Assembly (NCBI RefSeq): GCF_001194135.2 | Contig: NC_068986.1 | Span: forward strand, 33,186,002 to 33,250,001 | DNA length: 64,000 nucleotides | Source: Octopus bimaculoides | Lineage: Eukaryota | Direction: 5' to 3' | Shown: positions 23,768 to 36,107 of the stretch, piece by piece | How positions within the stretch are numbered: position 1 is the first letter of the stretch | How the letters are laid out: each line of letters opens with the position of its first letter | Made by a program: the position numbers and the translations under genes | The notes under the pieces: generated by a model | The model's database searches: none | What the model was told of the DNA's origin: nothing | What the model saw: the letters and a program-made list of their open reading frames with translations, nothing else

Positions 23768-23940
23768 NNNNNNNNNNATATATACAACGGATTTATTTCA
23801 GTTTCCCCTCTGCTAAATTCACTCAGAAGGCATTGGTTGCCCTGAGGCTACAATAGAAGACACTTACTCAGAGTGCAACTAAAATGGACTGAACCTAGAA
23901 CCATGCGGTTGAGAATCAAGCTTCTTACCACACAACCACC
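23552..23940 (-). mobile_element. SINE-type family B with an internal CA microsatellite
   Basis: Both the 3' module (catgactgcagccatgg...tacttattctatccgtctc) and the 5' module (tcagtttcc...agaagacactt...cttcttaccacacaacca) are present. Confidence 0.75.
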
Positions 23941-24114
23941 ACATCTGTACATACATGCATTCATATATTGATACATACATGCATACATACATAGATACAT
24001 ACACACACACATACATACATATATATGTGTGTATATTTATAATCAAAGACTCTTTGTCGGCTTCCGTTGAAATTAAGCCTCCCGAAAGCAAATTAGACCT
24101 TAGCAACGATTGCT

Positions 24115-24182
24115 GAGAGGTGGGTTTTGAAGAGATGTGGGTTTTGAAGAGAGGTGGGTTTTGAAGAGAGGTGGGTTTTGAA
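24115..24182. repeat. 17-bp minisatellite (GAGAGGTGGGTTTTGAA) x4
   Basis: Units at 24115, 24132, 24149 and 24166, with one mismatch in unit 2. Confidence 0.95.
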
Positions 24183-25597
24183 GAAAAGAAATTACCTAAG
24201 GAGAATGGAAAATAGTGTTGACTAATGCGGAATATGAAACCAAATTGTTGGAAAAACATTCTATGTGCTAATGATACTTTGTCCTGGACGCAATAATGCT
24301 AAATTTTACTAAACAACATGTGAAGCTTTGAATGACCAGTAACATACTTAGTGATACATATTTATGTCATTTTTCGTTCCAGGTTCAAATCGTTCAGTAT
24401 TCACTTTTCGTCTTTTTTTTTTCCTTCTTCTTCTGAGGTCGGTGAAATATGTGCTAGTAAACTCTTAGAAGATGATTAAATCGAATACAAACCTCCCTCG
24501 AGATGCGAAGCCTTGTACTCAAGTTCGCAAATAAAAAAGCAAATAAAAAAAGAACGCAGAAGATAGTAAAATACGAAAAAAATTAAAATACATTGTAATA
24601 AAATTTCTCCATGATAAAATAAATACCAAAAGGAAATAAAAAGCCTAACATTGTTACAAAGAAAGGAAAGACTGAGGTGACGGCTTCTGAGAGGTGGGTC
24701 AAATGTAGAGCCTATAGGTTACTACGGATGGAGGTAGGCGTGGAATGCGGAACAATGTATTCGATCAGCATTTCAAAGAAATGCGACAAGCTTTGCTATT
24801 AAAATTAGTTGTTTGGTGGCGTGTACTTTTATATATATTTCTGTTTTCATTTTATCATTTGTTTATTTATATATTTTTTTCTTGTTTTATTTTCATTTAT
24901 CACGCACATTTTTTTCACTCGCTTGCATATTTAAAATACTATTACGTCTGATAAATAGATATCATCTGTCCATTACAACATTTATTGCCTACTGCAGTTG
25001 CTACTGTTTGAACGACTCATCGAAAGAGATTTTATTTGATCATTTACTCTGCTAGAAAGAGCAGCCACTTTTCTTTCAAATCACAAAGTATTGTCTTGGA
25101 AAAAGAAGAAACCCGTTCGATAATATAGTCTTCGGTGCACTGAGCCATAAAAAAAGATGGGCTCGTCACGGATTGAGACTAAACTATAAATTCATTTCAA
25201 TAGCTATGTTGCGGACATTGTTGCTATTGTTTCTGGCGGTTATTATTTTTATTGTTGTTGCCAGTGTTCTTTTTTATTATTGTAGTTGTTATTAATTGCT
25301 GCTGGTTTTTATGTTATTGTTCTTGTTCCAACATAAAATAAGAATCGATATAGTGTCTGTAATTAGAAAGAAGCAATTTTTTTCCACTTTGAGACACCAG
25401 ATATTTTCAATATTTCTGTTGTTTCAAATAATTTGAAAATGCGTCCTCACTGCAGGGGTTTCTGTAGTCGATTACTATTGCAACAACTGCTGCTGTTGCT
25501 GTTGCTTCTACTACTGCTGATGAGAAAGATGATGATTTTTGCTTTTGATTGCCTCGTTTTATTGTTGTTATTATTGCTGATTTGTTAATATAATATT

Positions 25598-25750
25598 GGT
25601 TTCAGATTTTGGCAAAATGGCAGCAAGATCGGGGAAGGGGTTAAGTTGACTACAGTCACTCCAGGAATTTGAAATCAGAACGTAAAGACGGACGCAAAAA
25701 CACTAGGCATTTCTGCCAGGCGCGTTAATGATTCCGCCAATTCGCCACCT
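25598..25750 (-). mobile_element. SINE family C copy (internally deleted)
   Basis: ggaatttgaaatcagaacgtaaagacggacg...aatgattccgccaattcgccacc. Confidence 0.7.
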
Positions 25751-26736
25751 TGTCTGTTAATATGATATTTATCAAACAAACCCATGGTTGCAAATGGTGC
25801 ATTACCAAAGATAACGCTTCCAGTGAAGTAGTAGAACAGTTAATATGGCCCCTCAGTTTGTAAGAAATTCAACCTCTTCGATTTTAATGAAGACCATATG
25901 GACTCACGCTAATGTACTTCAAGAAACGCCATAAACATTAGATAGCTCTGATTGGAAAGCTTTGGCTCATACACATCTTTAATACGAATCTACTCATATA
26001 TTCTAATTTAGACCCACAGAATCAATTTTGAGGATAGAGGGTAAGTCCTCACTATCAACACTGCTGCTAAATTGTACTTCAGTTATCTACTTCGAAAAGT
26101 TGATATGGACTTCGTTGGGATTTGAACCTAAAATGTAATGAGCGCAAACAAATGTATGCATACACACACACATGTATATATATATATATATATNNNNNNN
26201 NNNNNNNNNNNNNNNNNNNNNNNNNNNNNNNNNNNNNNNNNNNNNNNNNNNNNNNNNNNNNNNNNNNNNNNNNNNNNNNNNNNNNNNNNNNNNNNNNNNN
26301 NNNNNNNNNNNNNNNNNNNNNNNNNNNNNNNNNNNNNNNNNNNNNNNNNNNNNNNNNNNNNNNNNNNNNNNNNNNNNNNNNNNNNNNNNNNNNNNNNNNN
26401 NNNNNNNNNNNNNNNNNNNNNNNNNNNNNNNNTATAGATGCATTTCTTTTATTAGCCACACAGGGCTCAACGAAGATGGGACAAATACAATGTAGAGCTT
26501 TTCTTTTTGGGAGGGGGGAGGAAGGAAAAAAAAGGGGTGGTGTCGATCAAAAGGGATCGTAGGAAGGGAAAAAGGGGGAGTTCGATCAAAAGGGATCGAA
26601 AAAAAAAGATATATATATATATATATAAATATATATATATAGATAGATAGATAGATAGACATACATAGATAGATAGATAGATAGACATACATACATACAT
26701 ACATACATACGCTCATACATACATACATATATATAT

Positions 26737-26780
<44 letters not shown>

Positions 26781-26791
26781 ATGTATACACA

Positions 26792-26980
26792 CTTTTACTT
26801 GTTTCAGTCATTTGACTGTGGCCATCCTGGAGCACCTCCTTTAGTCGAGAAAATCGACTCCCGCACTTATCCTTTGTAAGCCTAGTACTTATTCTATCCG
26901 TCGCTTTTGCCGAACCGCTAAGTTACGGGGACGTAAACACACCAGCGTCAGTTGTCAAATGATGTTGGCGGACAAACACA
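26792..26980 (-). mobile_element. SINE-type family B, 3' portion
   Basis: ttttacttgtttcagtcatttgactgtggccat.ctggagcacc...cctagtacttattctatc...gaaccgctaagttacggggacgtaaacac. Confidence 0.85.
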
Positions 26981-27589
26981 AACACACAAACATAGACACA
27001 CACACACACGCACATGTATATATGCATTATTTTATATACATACATGTAAGGTCCATCCATTCATACATCCAGCATCCATACGTAGATGAAAAAAGGAAAA
27101 TAGAAGAATGAGATGACCGATACAAACAGCTGTACCATTATCTGGGAATATGAGAGCAAAATGGAAATGCAGACCCTCGGACACGAAGATACTGTTGGAA
27201 ATAATGAATACGTGCATGCTACACAGATTATAATTACGGATGTAAAGGTAAACAGAAAGTCAGCTAGATATATAGAGATGCACAGAAACAAACAACCAAT
27301 CTGGCATGAGTTATCGGCACTTGATTTTATAAATAACAACAGGCATAAACCGGTATCAATGATAGGCAGCTGTTACATTATGTACGGATATAGTGTTAAT
27401 AGTGTTAAACAATAAGGAAGTATTAAAATTATTAATTAACCATTAAGTGACTGTGTTAATACAAACGAATTATTTCTCAGATATAAACGTCAATATGGCG
27501 CTCGCGAAATTCAATGTCACTTTAAGAGTGAAGTATAATTCAATCTAAATATTGCAACATTTACAAGAGAGAAAGAAGAGTAGTAATAA

Positions 27590-27612
27590 TTATGATGAAA
27601 ATATTGTTACTA

Positions 27613-27649
<37 letters not shown>

Positions 27650-27932
27650 CATTATTATTATCATTATTAATATTATTATTATTATGATCATTATTAACAA
27701 CAACAACAACAACAACAACAACAATAATAATAATAATACTAATAATAAGAACAACGATGAGGATAATAATGTTGATAATAATTAACAATTAATAATAACA
27801 ATTAATAATATTGAAAATATATCCACTTCGTAGATCTGTGAGAGTCATTAAGAAAGGCCTTTGAAATGAAACCATCAAAGAAATATTTAACCTCCGTTTA
27901 GCGGTTAGAACTGAATAAACTTTGAATAATAA

Positions 27933-28007
<75 letters not shown>

Positions 28008-28050
28008 ATATCNNNNNNNNNNAATAATAATAATAATAAAAAAAAAAAAA

Positions 28051-28115
<65 letters not shown>

Positions 28116-28309
28116 ATATCAAAAACAACAACAACAAGAATAATAGTGATGTTGATGCTGATGTTTGGACGCCAACAATGCTAGAAATAACAGAAGTAAC
28201 AACAAGAATAAGAATAAGAATAAGCAATACCAAAATGAAAACAAAACAAATATTCAGAAAAAAAATTACCATGAGTCTCGTTGTCGTTCTTAGTCTTGTT
28301 GTAATTTTT

Positions 28310-28359
<50 letters not shown>

Positions 28360-28526
28360 TATTATTATTATTATTATTATTATTGCTATTATTGTCGTTG
28401 TTGTTATTGATATTGTTGTTGTTATCATTATCAGCAGCACCATCATCAGCAGCATTATTGTTATTATTATTAATATTAATATCATTGAAAACAACAACAA
28501 CAACAACAACAATAATAATTTAAATA

Positions 28527-28565
<39 letters not shown>

Positions 28566-28590
28566 GTAATAATAGTAATACTATAATAAA
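27590..28590. repeat. Large compound (ATT)/(AAC)/(AAT)/(CAT)n microsatellite block
   Basis: Direct reading of the sequence. Confidence 0.9.
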
Positions 28591-29066
28591 AACATATGTA
28601 ACAAACACTTCTCACTCGATATAAAAAGTAATTTGCGTAAAGAATACGCAACCGAAATCCACACCTACCATTCCCCTCGCCTCTCTAAATGGTTAACGTC
28701 ATGATATATAATAACAATAAGAGGAATAACAACAACAACGATAGCAAAATCATGAACAACAATAGCTGCAGCAACAATAACAACAAAGACAGAATATGAA
28801 AAAAAAAACAACAAATCAAAACAATAAACACTTTCCTTTCTCTCCAACATAATAAACTTTTATTGTCGTATACAGTCAAAGACATACAGGAATTATAACC
28901 AACGGAACAACAACAACAACAACAATAGATAGAAGCACCAATTTTAAAAATGATGATAATAAAAATGTATAGGTATATAACCTGTGTGTATGTGTATGCG
29001 TAAATATGTATGTATACATCAATGTATATACGTATGTATATATATATATGTGTGTGTGCGTATGTA

Positions 29067-29107
<41 letters not shown>

Positions 29108-29653
29108 CACATATATATATATTATANNNNNNNNNNNNNNNNNNNNNNNNNNNNNNNNNNNNNNNNNNNNNNNNNNNNNNNNNNNNNNNNNNNNNNNNNN
29201 NNNNNNNNNNNNNNNNNNNNNNNNNNNNNNNNNNNNNNNNNNNNNNNNNNNNNNNNNNNNNNNNNNNNNNNNNNNNNNNNNNNNNNNNNNNNNNNNNNNN
29301 NNNNNNNNNNNNNNNNNNNNNNNNNNNNNNNNNNNNNNNNNNNNNNNNNNNNNNNNNNNNNNNNNNNNNNNNNNNNNNNNNNNNNNNNNNNNNNNNNNNN
29401 NNNNNNNNNNNNNNNNNNNNNNNNNNNNNNNNNNNNNNNNNNNNNNNNNNNNNNNNNNNNNNNNNNNNNNNNNNNNNNNNNNNNNNNNNNNNNNNNNNNN
29501 NNNNNNNNNNNNNNNNNNNNNNNNNNNNNNNNNNNNNNNNNNNNNNNNNNNNNNNNNNNNNNNNNNNNNNNNNNNNNNNNNNNNNNNNNNNNNNNNNNNN
29601 NNNNNNNNNNNNNNNNNNNNNNNNNNNNNNNNNNNNNNNNNNNNNNNNNNNNN

Positions 29654-29686
<33 letters not shown>

Positions 29687-30303
29687 TATACACACACATA
29701 CAGTTCTACGTCTGTATTTGTGTGCGTGTGTATATACTTACGACCTCTGAACTTCGGCTTGCTACGCAGTATAGCCGAGATGTCACGACAGAAGCTGAAC
29801 CACACGTCTATTGCTTCCCAGTGAACCATGTTACCAATTACAACCCTCATTACGGAATATATTACACACTAATATATTATATTATTACTGGGAAATAATA
29901 AACGCTAAATTGGGGAATCCCGCTTTTGCTGGTCGTGAAGTGGTTACTAAATTGTCTGCAATAACAATGTGACACGGGAGGAGACCAGATTACCGAGTAT
30001 ATCCAGCAAAAAGATATTCATATTTGTTGTTCGTACATTGACCTCCCTCCGGAGTTCCGTTGTTACAACTAGTTATACGATAGTTAGTTTGTAGGGCGTG
30101 GTCCGGCTCCCCTGGTGATTCTGTTCTTATATCTCTCGTTTACAGCATTTCTAAATGTTTCATTGTACACACACACACACAAACCTATATATTTAAATAT
30201 TATATGATATATATATGTATATATATATGCATGTATGCTTGTATGTATACTTGCATGTATGAATGTATATAACTATGTATAGATATATATATGTGTGAAG
30301 TGT

Positions 30304-30334
<31 letters not shown>

Positions 30335-31915
30335 AAAGCGCCCACGAACATCTCACACTCGCATACACATATTCATATGTGTCCATGTATATGTATATAT
30401 ATATGGGTATATGTTTGTGTATATTCATGCCTGTTTATGTATGTGTGTGTGTGCATAGACAATTTATTCGTAGCTTTAGATAGACAGTCTTGCAATATTC
30501 ACTGCCAATCTCTTTGTTCTAATTCCAAATATTGTTAGGTTAAACTGTATTTATCATTATTTCGTATTCGATGTCAACAATTCTTTGTTTGTCTCATTCT
30601 GGAAAAGTTGATTCCCTTCAAACTATATGGATGAACTCTCCCAGATGATGGATACCAAGTGAAACGAATTCTGGGGTTACCTCGTACACCTTTCAGTTGT
30701 GATATAACCCACATGTGTAATTTTTAGATCAAGTGACGTCCACGCCTTTAACTCAGTTAATCTTGAAAGAATTGCATCTCCCTCATATCCTAGTATAGGA
30801 AGAGAAATCTTTAATTAGGGTTTTCTGTGAGCAATACACGAAGTTAAATAATCGAATGTATATTCGTACGTCGAAAACATGGGAAGTTACAAATAGGCCG
30901 AGGATCAATATCAGTTATCTACATTTATGTATATTTTTATGTATATATTTAAATATATATTCAGCTGGTATAATGTACTTAAACGGTAAAATAATTCGAA
31001 GTTAACTGTTGAAATGTCAGAAATATATAGTTAGATATTAATTTATATATAATTAATGGTAACACAAGGAATGAATAAATATATATATAAATATAAAGAC
31101 CAAACGCAAGAGTTCATAGTGCTACAAAATCGAATGAACATATTGTAGAAATGTCCAATTTCAATTTGTTCACAGAATATCTATATATGTGAAGTCTATA
31201 CTATAATAATGCTTATTAATGGATATGGAGTATACAGCATTTACTAATGAAAGCAATTGTTAAAATCTACGCAGTCTAGAAAATTCTTTAAAAATCTAAT
31301 TTTATTAATGTTTTTTATCATATTAAGGTTTTCATACAACTTTTACAATTGGAGATTTCGAACGCTAATTTTATGTCTCTGAAAGATAACGTTTTTGACA
31401 CTATAAGATAGGGTTTTGTCACAGACTTCTCCCTTCCGCTTACACTTGTGAGTATAACATAACCTCTGTTATATCCTTTGTTGAGAAAACTATCTGTGTT
31501 ATAGTATTTCAAATGAACATGAATAAAAGAATATCATTTCCCATTTTCGTACATCTGTAATTGCGTTTATATAGGTTATTAATGCTAAGATGTACACATA
31601 TATATCAACACAAAAACAATTCAGAACGAATAAAAGTTATACAATGACATGTGGTCGAAACTGCAGTAAGTTTTTCAATGACATTTTTCCAGGACAGGAT
31701 GGGTGTGCAGTCTAGTTCAGTCATGCAAGGTTACGAAATCTTCTGATATGTGTACATATACGATAAACTTAAAATATTTACGTGCCTAGGTTAAGTCACA
31801 TTAAAATTTTAACACACTTATCTTGACCGAATATGTGCTGTTTAACAGCAAAAAATACAAATATTAATTACGTGTCTATCTATCTATCTATCTATCTATC
31901 TGCCTCTCTATTTAT

Positions 31916-32013
<98 letters not shown>

Positions 32014-32335
32014 GTGTGTGTGTGTGTGTGTGTGTGTGCATGCGTGTATATACTCACATACTGATATACACATATATGAAATAAAATGCGCACAAACACG
32101 CGTGCACACGCTTCATTGATGTACATACATACATTTTATACATACATACACACATATGTATTTATATGTGTGTGTGTTTATATGTGTATACATATGCATA
32201 TATATATACACACAAAGTGAGATGTCATCATTTCATTTTTTAAATTTTTTAGCAAGCGCATTGTGTGTGTTTGATTTTGTCGACTACACACTATAGTAAG
32301 GTCAGTTGGGCAGCGTCTGTGAGAAAAACAGTACC

Positions 32336-32450
32336 ATGACGCAATTCCCTCTGCCAAAAAATTGGATACGACATGCTGTACTGCTTGGCATTCACGTCGG
32401 CAGCTCCAATACGAACATTTCAGAGTGTTTGGGTGTCAATCGTCGTGCAG
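32336..32450 (+). mobile_element. Tc1/maT-like transposase N-terminal (HTH) fragment
   Basis: MTQFPLPKNWIRHAVLLGIHVGSSNTNISECLGVN resembles the paired-like HTH start of Tc1/maT transposases. Confidence 0.5.
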
Positions 32451-32454
32451 ATTA

Positions 32455-32610
32455 GTCCAGTCCAGTCCATTATCACTAAAGATTTGGGTATGAGACGCGT
32501 GTCTACCAGGTTTGTGCCGAAACTGTTTTCAGTTGACCAAAAATACACCCGGTTTTCAGTTGCACAAGATCTCTTTAATTTTGTCGAAAACGCTGAAAAG
32601 TTTTTGAAAA
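32455..32610 (+). mobile_element. Mariner transposase internal fragment
   Basis: SIITKDLGMRRVSTRFVPKLFSVDQKYTRFSVAQDL...FLKT; the mariner linker region (WVPR/FVPK motif). Confidence 0.85.
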
Positions 32611-32876
32611 CTTTGCGTAGGCCTCTGAGCAGGTATCGCCAGCTTTTGGCAAAATTTGATGCTGATTCTCTGTTCAACTTTCTCTGCTTTGGTTAATGCG
32701 ACGATCACACGATATACACACCTTCCTTCCAAGCACTGCTGTAAACAGTGAATATGAGCTAGAACGTTAAAAATTAGCACCCATGCACAACAGAGATCAA
32801 GTTTAATCTGTGCCAAGTGGCTTCACTCTGAGTGCTTTAGCTTCGTTACTATTGCAGCTATTGATCAGACCACGTA
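32600..32876 (-). mobile_element. Mariner 5' end (TIR plus transposase N-terminus)
   Basis: The minus strand begins TACGTGGTCTGATCAAT (a mariner-type TIR with TA) and encodes AEKVEQRISIKFCQKL (cf. EQRA.IKFCFKL). Confidence 0.8.
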
Positions 32877-33453
32877 TGCATTTATGTATGTACGTATATA
32901 TGTATGCATGCATGTATGTATGTATTTATATATATTAGAAGTTTAAATAATCTGTAAGAAGTTATGATCAGTGAAAGAATGTCTAAACTTTGTTAGTAAT
33001 AACTGGTACACAGTATTTTTATGTGTATTGTGCTAAATGTATGTTATACAAATGTATTCCAAATATGTATGTAGATTAATACATAAAGATTGCAATATAT
33101 TATATATGGAAACTCATATCGACGTAGGAAATATCTACCGTGAATGTTTATTTAATAAAATGCATATATTTTGATATAAGTATGTCTCACAATAGCGACA
33201 TTGTATATAAGACATGTCATAATGATATTTATGTGTAATAAATGCATGATATCTTGATTATTGACAATAAACGAATTTACTAGGTTTGTAAATAAATGAA
33301 CTTTGGTACGACATAGCCTGGCAATATAGGTATTGTAACATTTCTTGTCAAATATATGAAAATGAAATTGTACCGAGACATTTACTAAAAAACAGGTTCA
33401 GCTTATCTCATTTAAAATGCTGTCTTTTTTACGACACGTGTACGTGTATACTT

Positions 33454-33525
<72 letters not shown>

Positions 33526-33584
33526 ACACTGCTATACGCAAAAATATAAACTAATATGACAAAATATGCCATATATGATAACAG

Positions 33585-34107
33585 GGCTCAATTCTGCTTT
33601 AAGCACCCCATATTGCCCCATTATAACTATTTTGTTGTTTGAAATTTTCAGAAAATTCTTGAAAATTTGTTTTCTATACACGGGAATCCACATGACTACG
33701 AAAATGAAGACAAATTTTCATTTTCATTTTTTGAAGTAAAAAAAAAGATATTTAAGTTTTCGATTTTATAAAAAATAAGTTTAAAATACGAAGAGTCCGA
33801 ATTTTTTGCTTAAATCACAGCAATAGACCATGAAATATGATTATGGGGGAAAAGATATTGAAAAGCATCATTTCGTCCGTCTGACAAACAAACAAGGAGG
33901 GTATAAGGTGCTCGTGAGATGTGTTAAAATTAACACATAAATAGCCTTTTTTTAAGTAACGTACCAATTCTTTTGTTCTTTCTATTTTTGCATAGTCTTA
34001 TGAATTCCCGCATGTAGAAAAAAAATTCGTAAAACTTTTCCGAAAATTCCCAAAAATAAAAAATAATTGTTAAGAATTATATGGCGTGCATAAATCAGAA
34101 TTCAGCC
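33585..34107. mobile_element. Foldback/MITE-type DNA element with long imperfect TIRs
   Basis: The left arm ggctcaattctgctttaagcaccccatat...ttctatacacgggaatccacatgactac aligns with the reverse complement of the right arm (ggctgaattctgatttatgcacgccatat...ttctacatgcgggaattcataagactat) over more than 130 bp. Flanked by AACA on both sides. Confidence 0.75.
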
Positions 34108-34469
34108 AACAATACACATCTCTAAATGATGACTTGAAATAGGACTAACTTTCCATGAAATCATATATTGCAGTCTTCAAAAAGAATGAACAGGTGATCT
34201 AATCAATGTCGAGCAAGACTACCACATATGGAATCGTCAATGCTGGAGCTCTTCTTGTCATTTCTGCTTTATCAGGATTGATATGTGGCTTATATACGAC
34301 GAGCCTATTCACAGTTGCGTTTCCTTTTACTAATTCCTTCACAAATAATTGGTCGGTTTTGAGTTACAGTTCAAGACACCTGTCCATGGTGCAGTGCAGT
34401 AGGACTGAACGCAAAACCGTGTGACACCAAAGAGAACTTCTTAAACGCGTAGCAATGCCTATATCGCGT

Positions 34470-35140
34470 ATCATCACAAAATTACATAATTACAATTACA
34501 TAATTGAATATAATGTCACATTGTATAACATAATATAACATAACATATAACATATGAGATAAAATATACGAAGGGTGTATGAAAACTCTTGAGCATCAAA
34601 AAGAACCAAAACGTGGTACAAGACTTCTGATGAAGGTACAAGTCTTCAAGGCTCAAAGGCCTTGATGGCTCAAAACTTTTTATACACCCTTCGTAATATA
34701 ATATTGCGCAATAATGTCACATAGCAAAATGTAACATGATATAACGTTATTTAGATATACCAGAACATAATAGAACACATACCACAATATAACACCGTAA
34801 TATGATACAAAATAATATAATGTAATATACTGTAACAAAATATAAAATTAATAACAAATTATAATCTAATATACCGATATAACAACAGATATAACATGGC
34901 TGAATACAATGTAATGTAAACATAAAATACGATAATATAACAACATAAATTTCAGTATAATATAACGTAGCATAATGTAATATTTGTAACATAATAAAAT
35001 ATAAGTTTACATGATATAAATAATATAAGACAATACCTCTTAACGCAATAAAATGTAGTACAAAATATAACATGAAAAATAATCAGTATAACAGATAAAG
35101 CAGAAATCTGGGTATTACATGATATAACACAACACGGTAA
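34470..35140. repeat. Degenerate pentanucleotide (ATAAC/ATAAT)-type satellite
   Basis: Recurrent ataacat/taatata units. Confidence 0.75.
34567..34695. mobile_element. 129-bp mariner-type MITE with TA ends
   Basis: TIR TACGAAGGGTGTATGAAAACTCTTGAGC versus reverse complement TACGAAGGGTGTATAAAAAGTTTTGAGC. Confidence 0.9.
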
Positions 35141-36028
35141 GTTAACAAAACAACATTATCATTTTTTTTTTTTTGAAATATTACTTATACTGGTGTATTG
35201 ATTGCCAAAGAGATAATTATTTATAGACTAAATAACAAATGAACAACAACAACATAAACAGCAAAAATACAACAAAAATAAGACTGACAATAATAACATG
35301 AATACTTTCTACCGTTTCGTTGATGGCTTGGTCTGTCGAGAGATACTTAATAACATACAAATTAGATTTTAAAAAGAAATATAATAGCAATGAGAAAAAC
35401 AATAATATCAATATTAACAATAAAATTGTAATAAATGATAATAACATTTTTTTTCTTTATTTGCCACGAGGGCACCGGGAATTTTCCTTTTTTTTTTTCT
35501 TTTGACAGTAAACATTATGAAATGNNNNNNNNNNNNNNNNNNNNNNNNNNNNNNNNNNNNNNNNNNNNNNNNNNNNNNNNNNNNNNNNNNNNNNNNNNNN
35601 NNNNNNNNNNNNNNNNNNNNNNNNNNNNNNNNNNNNNNNNNNNNNNNNNNNNNNNNNNNNNNNNNNNNNNNNNNNNNNNNNNNNNNNNNNNNNNNNNNNN
35701 NNNNNNNNNNNNNNNNNNNNNNNNNNNNNNNNNNNNNNNNNNNNNNNNNNNNNNNNNNNNNNNNNNNNNNNNNNNNNNNNNNNNNNNNNNNNNNNNNNNN
35801 NNNNNNNNNNNNNNNNNNNNNNNNNNNNNNNNNNNNNNNNNNNNNNNNNNNNNNNNNNNNNNNNNNNNNNNNNNNNNNNNNNNNNNNNNNNNNNNNNNNN
35901 NNNNNNNNNNNNNNNNNNNNNNNNNNNNNNNNNNNNNNNNNNNNNNNNNNNNNNNNNNNNNNNNNNNNNNNNNNNNNNNNNNNNNNNNNNNNNNNNNNNN
36001 NNNNNNNNNNNNNNNNNNNNNNNNNNNN

Positions 36029-36059
<31 letters not shown>

Positions 36060-36071
36060 GTGCATGTGTCA

Positions 36072-36107
<36 letters not shown>

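Noticed and set aside
29742-29850. AIDVW..C similarity to Cys-loop anion-channel M3 (KAIDVW..C)
   Set aside because: The following residues (RDISAILRSKPK) are too polar for M3. It is kept only as an unidentified candidate exon.
34627-34650. CTGATGAAGG hammerhead-like core inside the MITE
   Set aside because: There is no downstream GAAA or stem III.
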